From Scyliorhinus canicula (taxonomy: Eukaryota), in the NCBI RefSeq assembly GCF_902713615.1, contig NW_024055461.1, positions 932,966 to 992,805 of the forward strand: a stretch of DNA of 59,840 nt, written 5' to 3'. Below, one piece after another: positions 46,592 through 57,989 of the stretch. Position 1 is the stretch's first letter, and each line of letters begins with the position of its first letter. Both the position numbers and the translations under genes were made by a program. The notes below the pieces were generated by a model. That model was not told where the DNA came from. It made no database searches and saw nothing but the letters and a program-made list of their open reading frames with translations.

Positions 46592-46991
46592 TGTTGAAGA
46601 AATTAATAGTCAGCACTTCGAGTTTTCGCCAAAGGTCTTTATTTAACACGAAGTTCGTGGGGGGATTAGATAGACCACAGTCATTCCAAATGTCCCCGCT
46701 TTACAGAGGTAAGGCAAGCAAGTTACAGTAAGCAATATCTAGGACAGGCCTTGAGTTCCTCGCCTAAGAAAAAATAATTGTCTGTTGTCAGCAAAACAGT
46801 GTGCAGCTGTATGCTTGTTTACACTGTATGACCTTCTGACTGTTTCATACAGAACTTCTTGACTAAAAATAAGGCTAAATATCCATCATGCTTTGCCAAG
46901 TGCCTGTTTCCATGAGATATAGTCGAGCAGCCTGTTAAAATGAATACAGAGTATTCAGGCAACTAATCCACAAACTAAAGTCCCTTCTACA
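46592..46991 (-). mobile_element. Solo LTR, 400 bp
   Basis: TG...CA ends with inverted TGTTGAAG/CTTCTACA; 5-bp TSD CTACT (46587-46591, 46992-46996); minus-strand AATAAA at 46638-46643; empty site in copy A near 41285. Confidence 0.85.
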
Positions 46992-47439
46992 CTACTCCTC
47001 TTTACGTCAACTCCCTTATTAAAATCATCCCATAACCGGCCTCGTCGACCACGTTTTTAATCGTCTGGCCTATTAACTGTTTACACATATGAGCAGGAAT
47101 GACTGCAATAGATCCTGCCTCAGTTTATAATATTCTAGATACTGTATGAATAATCACTGCTTTAGATGCTATCTCATTTAATGTTAATCAAACTTTGTAT
47201 CAGTAATCGCTGCACTACAACCTGTCTCGGTTTATGTTAATCTAGACCCTGTATCAGTCATCACTGCACGAGATTCAATCTCAATTTAGATTAATCTACA
47301 CCCTGCATTAGTGATCATTGCTTTAGACCCTGTCATAGAGTCATGGAGTCTGAGAGTTTCACAGTATAGAAAGATGCCTTTCCACCCACCATATCTGTGA
47401 TGGCAATCAAGCCGTCCATAGATGGTCTTCCTACCATCA

Positions 47440-50110
47440 AATCATAAGACATAGGAGCGGAAACCAGCCTTTCAGTCCATTGAGTCTGCTCCGCATTCAA
47501 TCGTGACTTATGTTTCTAATCCCCATTCTCCTGCCTTCTCTCCACAATCCCTGATCCCCTTATTAATCAAGAACCTATCTATCTATATCTTAAAGACACT
47601 CAGTGATTTGGCATCCACAACCTTCTGCGGGAATGAGTTCCACAGATTCAAGACCCTCTCGCTGAATAAATTGCTCCTCTTCTCAGTTTTGAAGGATCGT
47701 CCCTTAAATCTGAGGCTGTGCCCTCGGGTTCTAGTTTCACCTACTAGGCCTCTCGCTGTTCTGTAAGTTTCAATGTGACCCCCCCCCCCCCCCCCCGCCA
47801 ATCCCACACTCCGCGTCCCCTCCCCCCACAGCACTTCATCCTTCTAAACACTATCCAGCACAGATACAGAGTCCTCAACCGCTCCTTTTATGAAACGTTT
47901 GTCATTCCGAGGGTCAGTCTTGTGAATCTTCTCTGGAGCTTCTCCAAGGCCTTCTTTAGAAAAGGGGACCAAAACTGCTCACAATATTTCAAATGGAGTC
48001 TGACCAGAGCCTTATGGAGCCTCAACAGTTGCATCCCTGTTCCTGTAATCTAACCCTCGCAACATGAATGCTAAAATTGCATTTGCCTACCTTGCTGCCA
48101 ACCGATCCTGCAAGTTAACCTTAAAATAATCCTCAACTAGAATTCCTAAATCCATTTGAGCTTCTGATTTCCTCAGCCCTACTCCAATTAGAAAATACTC
48201 TATGTTTCCTCCAAAGTGCGGAACCTCAAACATTTCTACATTGTATTCTATCTGCTACTTCTTTGCCCACTCTCTTGGCCTGACCAGGTCTTTCTACAGC
48301 CTCTCTGCTTCCTCAGCACAACCTATTCCTCTACGTATCTTTGCATCGTCTGAAAATGTAGAAGCAGTACCCCCAGTTCAAAAGTAATAATAAAAATCTC
48401 TATTAGCTTTTACATTACAGCAGCTTTTAAAGGCTTCCGTATGCTCTGGCATCCCATTAATATTCGCCACATTGTCTGCTTATTCCTTTGCTTTTATGTT
48501 GTCCTTGACTTCCCTTGTCAACCATGGATGCCCTGTTCTCCCCTTAGCATGGTTCCTCCTCCTTGGGATTAATTTGTGTAGTGCCTCGCGAATAATCCCC
48601 AAAACGTCCTGCCACTGCTGTCCCACTATCTTCCCTGCTTCCCATCAACTCTGGCCAGCTCCTCCTTTATCTTTGTAGTTACCTTTATTCAATTGTAATA
48701 CCGTTACATTTGACTCCAGATTCTACGTCCAAATTGCAGGATGAATTCTATCATATTGTGGTCACTGCCCCGTGAGGGTTCCTTCACCTTAAGTTCCCTA
48801 TTCATGTCTAGCTCATTACACATCAGCAAATGCAGAATTGCCTGTTCTCGACTGACCTCGATCACAAGCTGCTCCAAAAAACTTCTCATCGAAATTCCAC
48901 AAATTCAATTTCTTGGAATCTACTACCAACCTGACGTTTTCTGCCCTCCTGAATATTGAAGTCCCCCATGATTATTGTAATATTGCCTCTCTTATATGCG
49001 TTTTTATATCTCCTGATTTATTTTGTGCCCCACATTCTCACTACGGCTAGGGGGCTGTACGTAACTCTCATCAGCGTCTTTTTTCCTTTGCGATTCGTCA
49101 ACTCTGCCCACAGGGATTCTACGCCTTCTGACCTTAAACTGCTTCTTGCTGTCGAGTTAATTTCATTAACACACAATGCAACCCCGCCCTCTTTTCCCAT
49201 CTGCCTGTCCTTTCGATAGGGCACATATCCTTAGATATTTAGATTCCAGCCCTGATCCCCTCGCAGCCACGTCTCTGTGATGTCCACAACACCGTACCGG
49301 CCAATTACAACGCGCGCAATGAGTTCATTTACCTTGTTCCGTATTCTGCGCACATTCAGGTACAACACCCGCAGCTCTGCGTTGACCACCCCTTCTCATC
49401 GTTCTCCACTTTTCTGCTGTGCCTGAAGTTGTATACCTGCCACTTTTCATACTCCCTACTCTAGTACGTGTTCTGTAAACTTTACCAACCTCCCCTGAGC
49501 TCTCGGCCCGTTTTACTCGGTCAATATCCTGATAATTAACCTGCACTCTCGCCTTATCTTTTAACATTGGTTTTCTAATTTTTGATACAAACGACCCCCC
49601 CCCCCCTCAAAAATTTAGTTTTAATGCATCACTTCTCAGCATTGAATTTTATCTGCCACCTATCTGCCTGTGTACATGAAGCAGTCAGCGATTGTTCTCG
49701 CTGGAGTTCAGAAGAATGAGCGGGGATCTAATAGAGACTTATAAAATTCTAACAGGACTAGACAGTGTAGATGCAGGGAAGATGTTACAGATGATGGGTG
49801 TGTCCAGAACCAGGCCATAGTCTGAGGATTCAGTATTCATTTCGGACAGAGATGAGGAGTTATTTGTTCACCCAAAGAGTGGTGAGCCTGTGGAATTTAT
49901 TAGCATAGGAAATAGTTAATCCTAAAACATTGAATATGTTCAAGAGGCGGCTAGATATAGTACGTGGGGAGAATGGGATCAAAGGCTGTGGGAAGAAAGC
50001 AGGATTAGGCTATTGAGTTGGATGATCAGCCATGATCGTGATAAATGGCGGAGCAGGCTCGAAGGGCCAAAACGCCTCCTCCTGCTCCTAACTTCTATGT
50101 ATCTATGTAT
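47440..50110. mobile_element. Mosaic of decayed CR1 fragments (minus 47440-49330 reaching the endonuclease region; plus 49690-50110 3' end)
   Basis: GGGVAL-like GKEGGVALCVNE, EGVESLWAEL and GSDHNMIEF fragments; 3' UTR ggagcaggctcgaagggcc. Confidence 0.7.
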
Positions 50111-51335
50111 GTAATCCTCTTCCCTGCTCACCACATTGTCAATTTGGGAGACAAATGCAACTTTTCAATTCATATCCTGTGAACCCGAGTCCCGAGTCCT
50201 GTCTATTAATATATAACAGAAAAAGCAGTGCTGCTAATATTACCCACTGGAGAATAACACTCTGCATCCCAACCAATCTCAAACAATTGTTAACATCTAC
50301 ACTGTATTCTGTCCATTAGTCACTGTTGTACACATTCTGCTACTGCCCCTTTAATCACCTGAGCATCAATTTCCCCCAGTTTTCAAATATGACACAGACA
50401 TTAAGATATTTGTCCCAGGCCTTTCCATTCCTCGTGTCCCATCAGAATTCCAAGGACAGCTTTAGTAACGCTCTGCTTGTCTAAACTATTCCGTCAAATG
50501 CTCACAGGTCAGATACAGCACGGGGTTGCAGACAGAGCAAAGCTTCCTGCACTCTGAACCAGCAAACACTCTCAGGCCAAATACATCACAGGTGTCGATA
50601 AAGAATAAAACTTCCGAAAACCTGTCCCATTATACACTCCCAGGGCCCCAACAGTAAACATTTAGTTACTGAATAAACTTCGTTTTACAATCTCCCCTCA
50701 AATACTCGAAGGACAGGTACAGTACAGAGAAAAGCCCCCTCCACAACATCCGCCATCTAACATGTGCAGGACAGGTAAAGCAGTTGTGAGGAACAGAGTA
50801 AAGCTTCCTTTTTGGCGGACCATCAGATACTTGCAGAGCAGGAAAAACGCAGGGTATGCGGAGAGTAAAGTTCCCCATACTCCGTCCCATTAATTGGTGT
50901 ATAAAACAAAGGAATTATTTGTGCAGGAGTTTGGTGTGAAAATGTCCACACACACACTAACACTCAGAAAAAAACGCACATGTGTCTTAATGTATATAAT
51001 CTCAAACGTGTAACAGTGAACACCACACTCGGCCCGACATTGATTAACATTAATCTTGGGCCGACCCTGCAATCGAATCTGTCTCGTTTTGTACGAATGT
51101 ATACCCTGAGTCAGTAATCACTGCATTAGACCTTATCTCAGTGTTCGTTAATCTAGACCCTGCATCAATAATTACGGCACTAGAATCTGTTTTACTTTAT
51201 ATTAATCTCGACGCTCTGTCAGCAATTAGTGCACGAGAACCCTGTCTAAATTCACATTACTGAAGACCCCCCCCCCCCCCGCCCATCAGAAATCACTGCA
51301 CTCGACCTTGTGTCGGTTTATATTAATCTAGACCC

Positions 51336-54040
51336 TAGAACATAGAACGATACAGCGCAGTACAGACCCTTCGGCCCTCGATGTTGCACCGACATGGAAA
51401 AAAAATCTAAAGGCCATCTAACCTACACTATGCCCTTATCATCCATATGCTTATCCAATAAATTTTTAAATGCCCTCAATGTTGGCGAGTTGCAGGTAGG
51501 GCATTCCACGGCCTCACCACTCTTTGCGTAAAAAACTCACCTCTGACCTCTGTCCTATATCTATTACCCCTCAATTTAAGGCTATGTCCCCTCGTGCTAG
51601 CCACCTCCATCCGCGGGAGAAGGCTCTCGCTGTCCACCCTATCTAACCCTCTGATCATTTTGTATGCCTCTATTAAGTCACCTCTTAACCTTCTTCTCTC
51701 TAACGAAAACAACCTCAAGTCCATCAGCCTTTCCTCATAAGATTTTCCCTCCATACCAGGCAACATCCTGGTAAATCTCCTCTGCACCCGTTCCAAAGCT
51801 TCCACGTCCTTCCTATAATGAGGCGACCAGAACTGTACGCAATACTCCAAATGCGGCCGTACTAGAGTTTTGTACAACTGCAACATGACCTCATGGCTCC
51901 GGAACTCAATCCCTCTACCAATAAAGGCCAACACACCATAGGCCTTCTTCACAACCCTATCAACCTGGGTGGCAACTTTCAGGGATCTATGTACATGGAC
52001 ACCGAGATCCCTCTGCTCATCCACACTGCCAAGAATTTTACCATTAGCCAAATATTCCACATTTCTGTTATTCTTTCCAAAGTGAATCACCTCACACTTC
52101 TCCACATTAAACTCCATTTGACACCTCTCAGCCCAGATCTGCAGCTTATCTATGTCCCTCTGTAACCTGCAACATCCTTCCGCACTGTCTACAACTCCAC
52201 CGACTTTAGTGTCGTCTGCAAATTTACTCACCCATCCTTCTGCGCCCTCCTCTAGGTCATTTATAAAAATGACAAACAGCAACGGCCCCAGAACAGATCC
52301 TTGTGGTACGCCACTCGTAACTGAACTCCATTCTGAACATTTCCCATCAACTACCACTCTCTGTCTTCTTTCAACTAGCCAATTTCTGATCCACATCTCT
52401 AAATCACCCTCAATCCCCAGCCTTCGTATTTTTTGCAATAGCCGACCGTGGGGAACCTTATCAAACGCTTTACTGAAATCCATATACACCACATCAACTG
52501 CTCTACCCTCGTCTACCTGTTCAGTCACCTTCTCAAAGAACTCGATAAGGTTTGTGAGGCATGACCTACCCTTCACAAAACCATGCTGACTGTCCCTAAT
52601 CATATTATTCCTATCTAGATGATTATAAATCGTATCTTTTATAATCCTCTCCAAGACTTTACCCACCACAGACGTGAGGCTCACCGGCCTATAGTTACCG
52701 GGGTTATCTCTACTCCCCTTCTTGAACAAAGGGACCACATTTGCTATCCTCCAGTCCTCTGGGACTATTCCTGTAGCCAATGATGACCTAAAAATCAAAG
52801 CCAAAGGCTCAGCAATCTCTTCCCTGGCTTCCCAGAGAATCCTAGGATAAATCCCATCTGGCCCCGGGGACTTATCTATTTTCACCTTGTCCAGAATTGC
52901 CAACACTTCTTCCCTACGCACCTCAATGCCATCTATTCTAATAGCCTGGGTCTCAGCATTCTCCTCCACAATATTATCTTTTTCTTGAGTGAATACTGAC
53001 GAAAAGTATTCATTTAGTATCTCGCTTATCTCCTCAGCCTCCACACACAACTTCCCACCACTGTCCTTGACTGGCCCTACTCTTACCCTAGTCATTCTTT
53101 TATTCCTGACATACCTATAGAAAGCTTTTGGGTTTTCCTTGATCCTACCTGCCAAAGACTTCTCATGTCCCCTCCTTGCTCGTCTCAGCTCTCTCTTTAG
53201 ATCCTTCCTCGCTTCCTTGTAACTATCAAGCGCCCCAACTGAAACTTCATGCCTCATCTTCACATAGGCCTCCTTCTTCCTCTTAACAAGAGATTCCACT
53301 TCTTTGGTAAACCACGGTTCCCTCGCTCGACCCCTTCCTCTCTGCCTGACTGGTACGTACTTATCAAGAACATGCAATAGCTGTTCCTTGAACAAGCTCC
53401 ACATATCCAGTGTGCCCAACCCTTGCAGCCTACTTCTCCAACCAACACATCCTAAGTCATGTCTAATGGCATCATAATTGCCCTTCCCCCAGCTATAACT
53501 CTTGCCCTGCGGGGTATACTTATCCCTTTCCATCACTAACGTAAAGGTCACTGAATTGTGGTCACTGTTTCCAAAGTGCTCACCTACCTCCAGATCTAAC
53601 ACCTGGCCTGGTTCATTACCCAAAACCAAATCCAATGTGGCCTCGCCTCTTGTTGGCCTGTCAACATATTGTGTCAGGAAACCCTCCTGCACACATTGTA
53701 CAAAGAATGACCCATCTAATGTACTCGAACTATATCTTTTCCAGTCAATATTTGGAAAGTTAAAGTCTCCCATAACAACTACCCTGTTACTTTCGCTCTT
53801 TTCCAGAATCATCTTCGCCATCCTTTCCTCTACATCCCTAGAACTATTAGGTGGCCTATAGAAAACTCCCAACAGGGTGACCTCTCCTTTCCTGTTTCTA
53901 ACCTCAGCCCATACTACCTCGGAAGAAGAGTCCCCATCTAGCATCCTTTCCGCCACCGTAATACTGTCCTTGACTAGCAGCGCCACACCTCCCCCTCTTT
54001 TGCCCCCTTCTCTGAGCTTACTAAAACACCTAAACCCCTG
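51336..54040 (-). mobile_element. Young 5'-truncated CR1 LINE
   Basis: (ttctatg)n tail at 51336; continuous ORF2 reaching GFRCFSKLREGGKRGGGVALL at the truncation near 54040. Confidence 0.97.
51476..53986 (-). CDS. CR1 ORF2 fragment: APE endonuclease C-half plus reverse transcriptase (836 aa)
   Basis: VMGDFN, TLDLV, SDH (APE); [39 protein letters not shown] (RT). Confidence 0.95.
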   Translation of the reverse strand: MALLVKDSITVAERMLDGDSSSEVVWAEVRNRKGEVTLLGVFYRPPNSSRDVEERMAKMILEKSESNRVVVMGDFNFPNIDWKRYSSSTLDGSFFVQCVQEGFLTQYVDRPTRGEATLDLVLGNEPGQVLDLEVGEHFGNSDHNSVTFTLVMERDKYTPQGKSYSWGKGNYDAIRHDLGCVGWRSRLQGLGTLDMWSLFKEQLLHVLDKYVPVRQRGRGRAREPWFTKEVESLVKRKKEAYVKMRHEVSVGALDSYKEARKDLKRELRRARRGHEKSLAGRIKENPKAFYRYVRNKRMTRVRVGPVKDSGGKLCVEAEEISEILNEYFSSVFTQEKDNIVEENAETQAIRIDGIEVRREEVLAILDKVKIDKSPGPDGIYPRILWEAREEIAEPLALIFRSSLATGIVPEDWRIANVVPLFKKGSRDNPGNYRPVSLTSVVGKVLERIIKDTIYNHLDRNNMIRDSQHGFVKGRSCLTNLIEFFEKVTEQVDEGRAVDVVYMDFSKAFDKVPHGRLLQKIRRLGIEGDLEMWIRNWLVERRQRVVVDGKCSEWSSVTSGVPQGSVLGPLLFVIFINDLEEGAEGWVSKFADDTKVGGVVDSAEGCCRLQRDIDKLQIWAERCQMEFNVEKCEVIHFGKNNRNVEYLANGKILGSVDEQRDLGVHVHRSLKVATQVDRVVKKAYGVLAFIGRGIEFRSHEVMLQLYKTLVRPHLEYCVQFWSPHYRKDVEALERVQRRFTRMLPGMEGKSYEERLMDLRLFSLERRRLRGDLIEAYKMIRGLDRVDSESLLPRMEVASTRGHSLKLRGNRYRTEVRGEFFTQRVVRPWNALPATRQH

Positions 54041-54699
54041 TATCAGGAATTACTGTACTAGACCCTGTTTCGGATTATATTTAATTTAGGCTTTTTTACA
54101 TCGAACAATAGAAGTGTAGACGCATAGACAATATGTGAAGGAATAGGCCGTTCGGCCCCTTGAACTTGCACTTCCATTCATTCTGATCGTGGCTGATCAT
54201 CCAACTCAGTAAACTGTTCTCGCTTTCCCTCCATATCCTATGATCCCTAAAGCCACAAGAGCTATATATAATTCCTTCCAGTAAACATACAATGCTTTGG
54301 CCCCAACTGTGTTGTGTGGTAGAGAATTCCACAGGCTCACCACTCTAGGTCGATAAATTTCTCCTCATCTATATCCTTAGACTGTGTCCCTGATTCTGGA
54401 CTCCCCTCCATTAATCATTGCTGCACACCCTGTCTCAGTTATTATGAATATTTACCCTGTAACAGTAACCCCTGCATTAGAACCCTGCCCCAGTTATTGT
54501 GAATCCTGGTCTTTTCAAAGAATCATAGAATCCTGACAGTGCACAAGGAGGCCAGTCGGCCCATCGAGTCTGCACCGGCCCTCCAAAACGCCACCCCACT
54601 GAGAACCCCTCCTCCATCCTATCTCCATAACCCCACCTAACCTTTGCACACTCAGGGAAAATCTTTTAGAATCGCCAATCCACCTAACCTTGATTTGAT

Positions 54700-55450
54700 T
54701 CATTTTGGAACGAATGACAGGAAGACAGAGTGCTGGGCGAATGGTAAGATTCTTGGCAGTGAGGACGAGAGAGAGATCTCGGTGTCCATGTCCATAGATC
54801 CCTGAACGCTGCCACCCAGGTTGAGATGGTTGTTTAGAAGGCGTACGGTGTGTTAGCTTTTTTTGGTAGAGGAATTGAGTATCGGAGCCATGAGGTCATG
54901 TTGCAGTTGTACAAAACTCTGGTGCGGCCGCCTTTGGAGTATTGCATGCAGTCCTGGTCGCCACATTAGAGGAAGGATGTGGAAGCATTGGAAATGGTAC
55001 AGAGGAGATTTACAAGGATGTTTCCTGGTATGGAGGGAAGATCTTACAAGGAAAGGCTGAAGGACTTGAGGCTGTTTTCGCTAGAGAGAACAAGGTTAAG
55101 AGGTGACTAAATTGAGGCATACAAGATGATCAGAGGATTAGATAGGGTGGACATTGAGGTCCCTTTTCCTCGGATGGTGATTTCCAGCACGAGGGGACAT
55201 AGATTTAAATTGAGGGGAGATAGATATAGGACAGATGTCAGAGGTAGATTCTTTACTCAGAGATGAATAAGGGCGTGGAATGTCCTGCCTGCAACAGTAG
55301 TGGACTCGCCAACACTAAACGCATTCAAATGGTCATTGGATAGGCAGATGAACGATAAGGGAATAGTGTAGATGGGCTTTAGAGTGCTTTTACAGGTCGG
55401 CGCAACATCGAGGGTCGAAGGGCCTGTACTTCACTGTAATGTTCTATGTC
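54700..55450 (+). mobile_element. Decayed CR1 3' fragment, same subfamily as 51336-54040
   Basis: Collinear with the ORF2 C-terminus and 3' UTR, with stops. Confidence 0.88.
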
Positions 55451-55652
55451 CTATGTAACCTGCGCATCTTTTGACTGTGTGAGGAAATTCGCGGTTTCTA
55501 CTGCACTGCACTGTCTCCACTTGTATCCTTGTTTTAGTAATTCTGGTACACCGCCGGCTCTGTTTATTTAATGCCAGTTTCTGTACCTATAAATGATGCG
55601 CTTCTCTCTGTTTTAATTATTACTGTGTGAGACAATACCAATATTAATCGTG

Positions 55653-57228
55653 ATGTGGAGATGCCGGCGTTGGACTGGGGTGAGCACAGTAAGAAATCTT
55701 ACAACACAAGATTGAAGTCCAACAGGTTTGCTTCAAACACTAGCGTTCGGAGCACTGCTCCTTCCTCAGGTGAATGAAGAGGTATGTTCCAGAAACATAT
55801 ATATCGACAAAGTCAAAGATGCCAGACAATGCTTCGAATGCGGGCATTTGCAGGTAATTAAGTCTTTACAGATACAGATATAGGGGTAACCCCAGGTTAA
55901 AGAGGTGTGAATTGTCTCACGCCAGGACAGTTTTTAGGATTTTGCAAACCCAGGCCAGATGGTGGGGGATGAATGTAATGTGACATGAATCCCAGGCCCT
56001 GGTTGAGGCCGCACTCATGTAGGCGGAACTTGGCTATAAGTTTCTGCTCAGCGATTCTGCGTTGTTGCGGGTCACCTCACAATGTTCCACTTCTCCACTT
56101 CCACCCTAAATATACTAAAGAATCCATCCCCTATGGACAAGCCCTCCGTATACACAGGATCTGCGCAGACGAGGGGGAGCGTAACAGACATCTACAGATG
56201 CTGAGTGATGACCTCGCACGAACGAGATATGGTGCTTGACTCATCGATCGACAGTTCCAACACGCCACAGCAAGAAAACGCACCAACCTCCTCAGAAGAC
56301 AAACACGGGACACAACCGACAGAGTACCCTTCATCGTCCAGTACTTTCCCAGAGCGGGGAAACTACGATATCTTCTTTGCAGCATTCAACACATCATCGA
56401 TGAAGATGAACATATTGCCAAGGTCATCCCCACACCCCCACTACTTGCCTTCAAACAACCACGCAACCTCAAACAAACCATTGTTGGCAGCAAACTACCC
56501 AACCTTCAGAACAGCGACCACGACACCACACAACTTTGCCATGGCAATCGCTGCAAGATGTGCCAGATCATCGACATGGATACCACCATTACACGTGAGA
56601 ACACCACCCACTAGGTACATACTAGTGCAGCTCGGCCAATGTTGTCTACCTCATACGCTGCAGGAAAGGATGTCCCGAAGTGTGGTACATTGGCGAGACC
56701 ATGCAGACGCTGCAACAATGAATGAACGGACATCGCGCGATAATCACCAGGCAGGAATAGTCCCTTCCAGTCGGGGAACACTTCAGCAGTCGAGGGCATT
56801 CAGCCTCTGATCTCCGGGTAAGTGTTCTCCAAGGCGGCCTACAGGACACGCGATACTGCAGAATTGCCGAGCAGAAATTTATAGCCAAGTTCCGCACACA
56901 TGAGTGTGGCCTCAATCGGGACCTGGGATTCATGTTGCATTACATTCATCCCCCCACCATCTGGCTGGGCTTGCAAAATCCTACCAACTGTCCTGGCTTG
57001 AGACAATTCACACCTCTTTAACCTGGGGTTACCCCTATCTCTAGATCTGTAAAAATTTAATTACCTGCAAATACTCGCATTCTAAGCATTGTCTTGCATC
57101 TTTGAATTGTCTACATATATGTTTCTGGAACATACCTCTTCGTTCACCTGAGGAAGGAGCAGTGCTTCGAAAGTTAGGGTTTGAAAAAAAACTGTTGGAC
57201 TTTAACCTGGTGTTGTAAGACGTTTTAT
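55653..57228 (+). mobile_element. Penelope-like element (GIY-YIG) with inverted terminal arms and 13-bp TSD
   Basis: KESIPYGQALRIHRIC and VVYLIRCRKGCPEVWYIGET fragments; arms ~55695-56070 and ~56845-57221 are reverse complements; TSD aatattaatcgtg at 55640-55652 and 57229-57241. Confidence 0.92.
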
Positions 57229-57989
57229 AATATTAATCGTGCAATGGGTTACATCTCATTTATTACCGCACCCCTCCATACCCCTGTTTAAAATAAAATA
57301 GGTCCTTTCTCAGTTCTCTCTAAATTTGACCCTCTCAGTGTTTTTATCTTTCGGTATTATTCTAGTTATTAATACATCAGATCATGCTTTTGTGGCCTGA
57401 ATAATTTACACTAGTTGAGTTTTTACTTGTAGTTAGACCATGTATTTATTTATATTTTACTGCACATTGTGTTTCATAGTATTACATTCATCCCGGCTTC
57501 AGTTATCACTGTACTTAACCCTGTACCAAGTTTTATTATACTTGGTCTTGTCTCTGGAATGATTGTACAGGACCATGTTTCGTTTTACCTTTCCCCCAGC
57601 ATTGTATCTGTGTATATAATTCTATCTACAGATAAACATTTGAATAAGAAGGACCATGTTTCTGTACATACTACAATTCACCCATTCTCAGTTATGACTG
57701 CACGAGACTGTGTTTACTGTTTTAACAAATAGGTGCAGTCACATTCAGAAATGCACTGAGCAACACCTCTCTCTACTGCAATTGACTCTTTTTTAATCAT
57801 TGCATTAGACCTTATATCTGTTAATATTACATTATGTGCGGATTAATTAATTGATGCATGAATCCGTGCTGCTATATATGTAAGAAGGCACCATTTCGGA
57901 GCAGTTGTTCAACTGCAGCAAGTCTCCATTTATATTATGTTGAGCCTACTCTCTGATATTATTTTGGTAGACTCGATTTCATTCACGGC

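Larger units (their letters stand above)
36130..47590. repeat. Old head-to-tail tandem duplication: copy A ~36130-42435, copy B ~42450-47590
   Basis: Collinear anchors, e.g. gccacatcaaatcctc at ~36152/42475, gtcagcaaaacgagataaaca at 36870/43062, gcactggcag at ~41009/46300, cctgatccccttattaatcaagaa at ~42400/47550. Confidence 0.9.
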
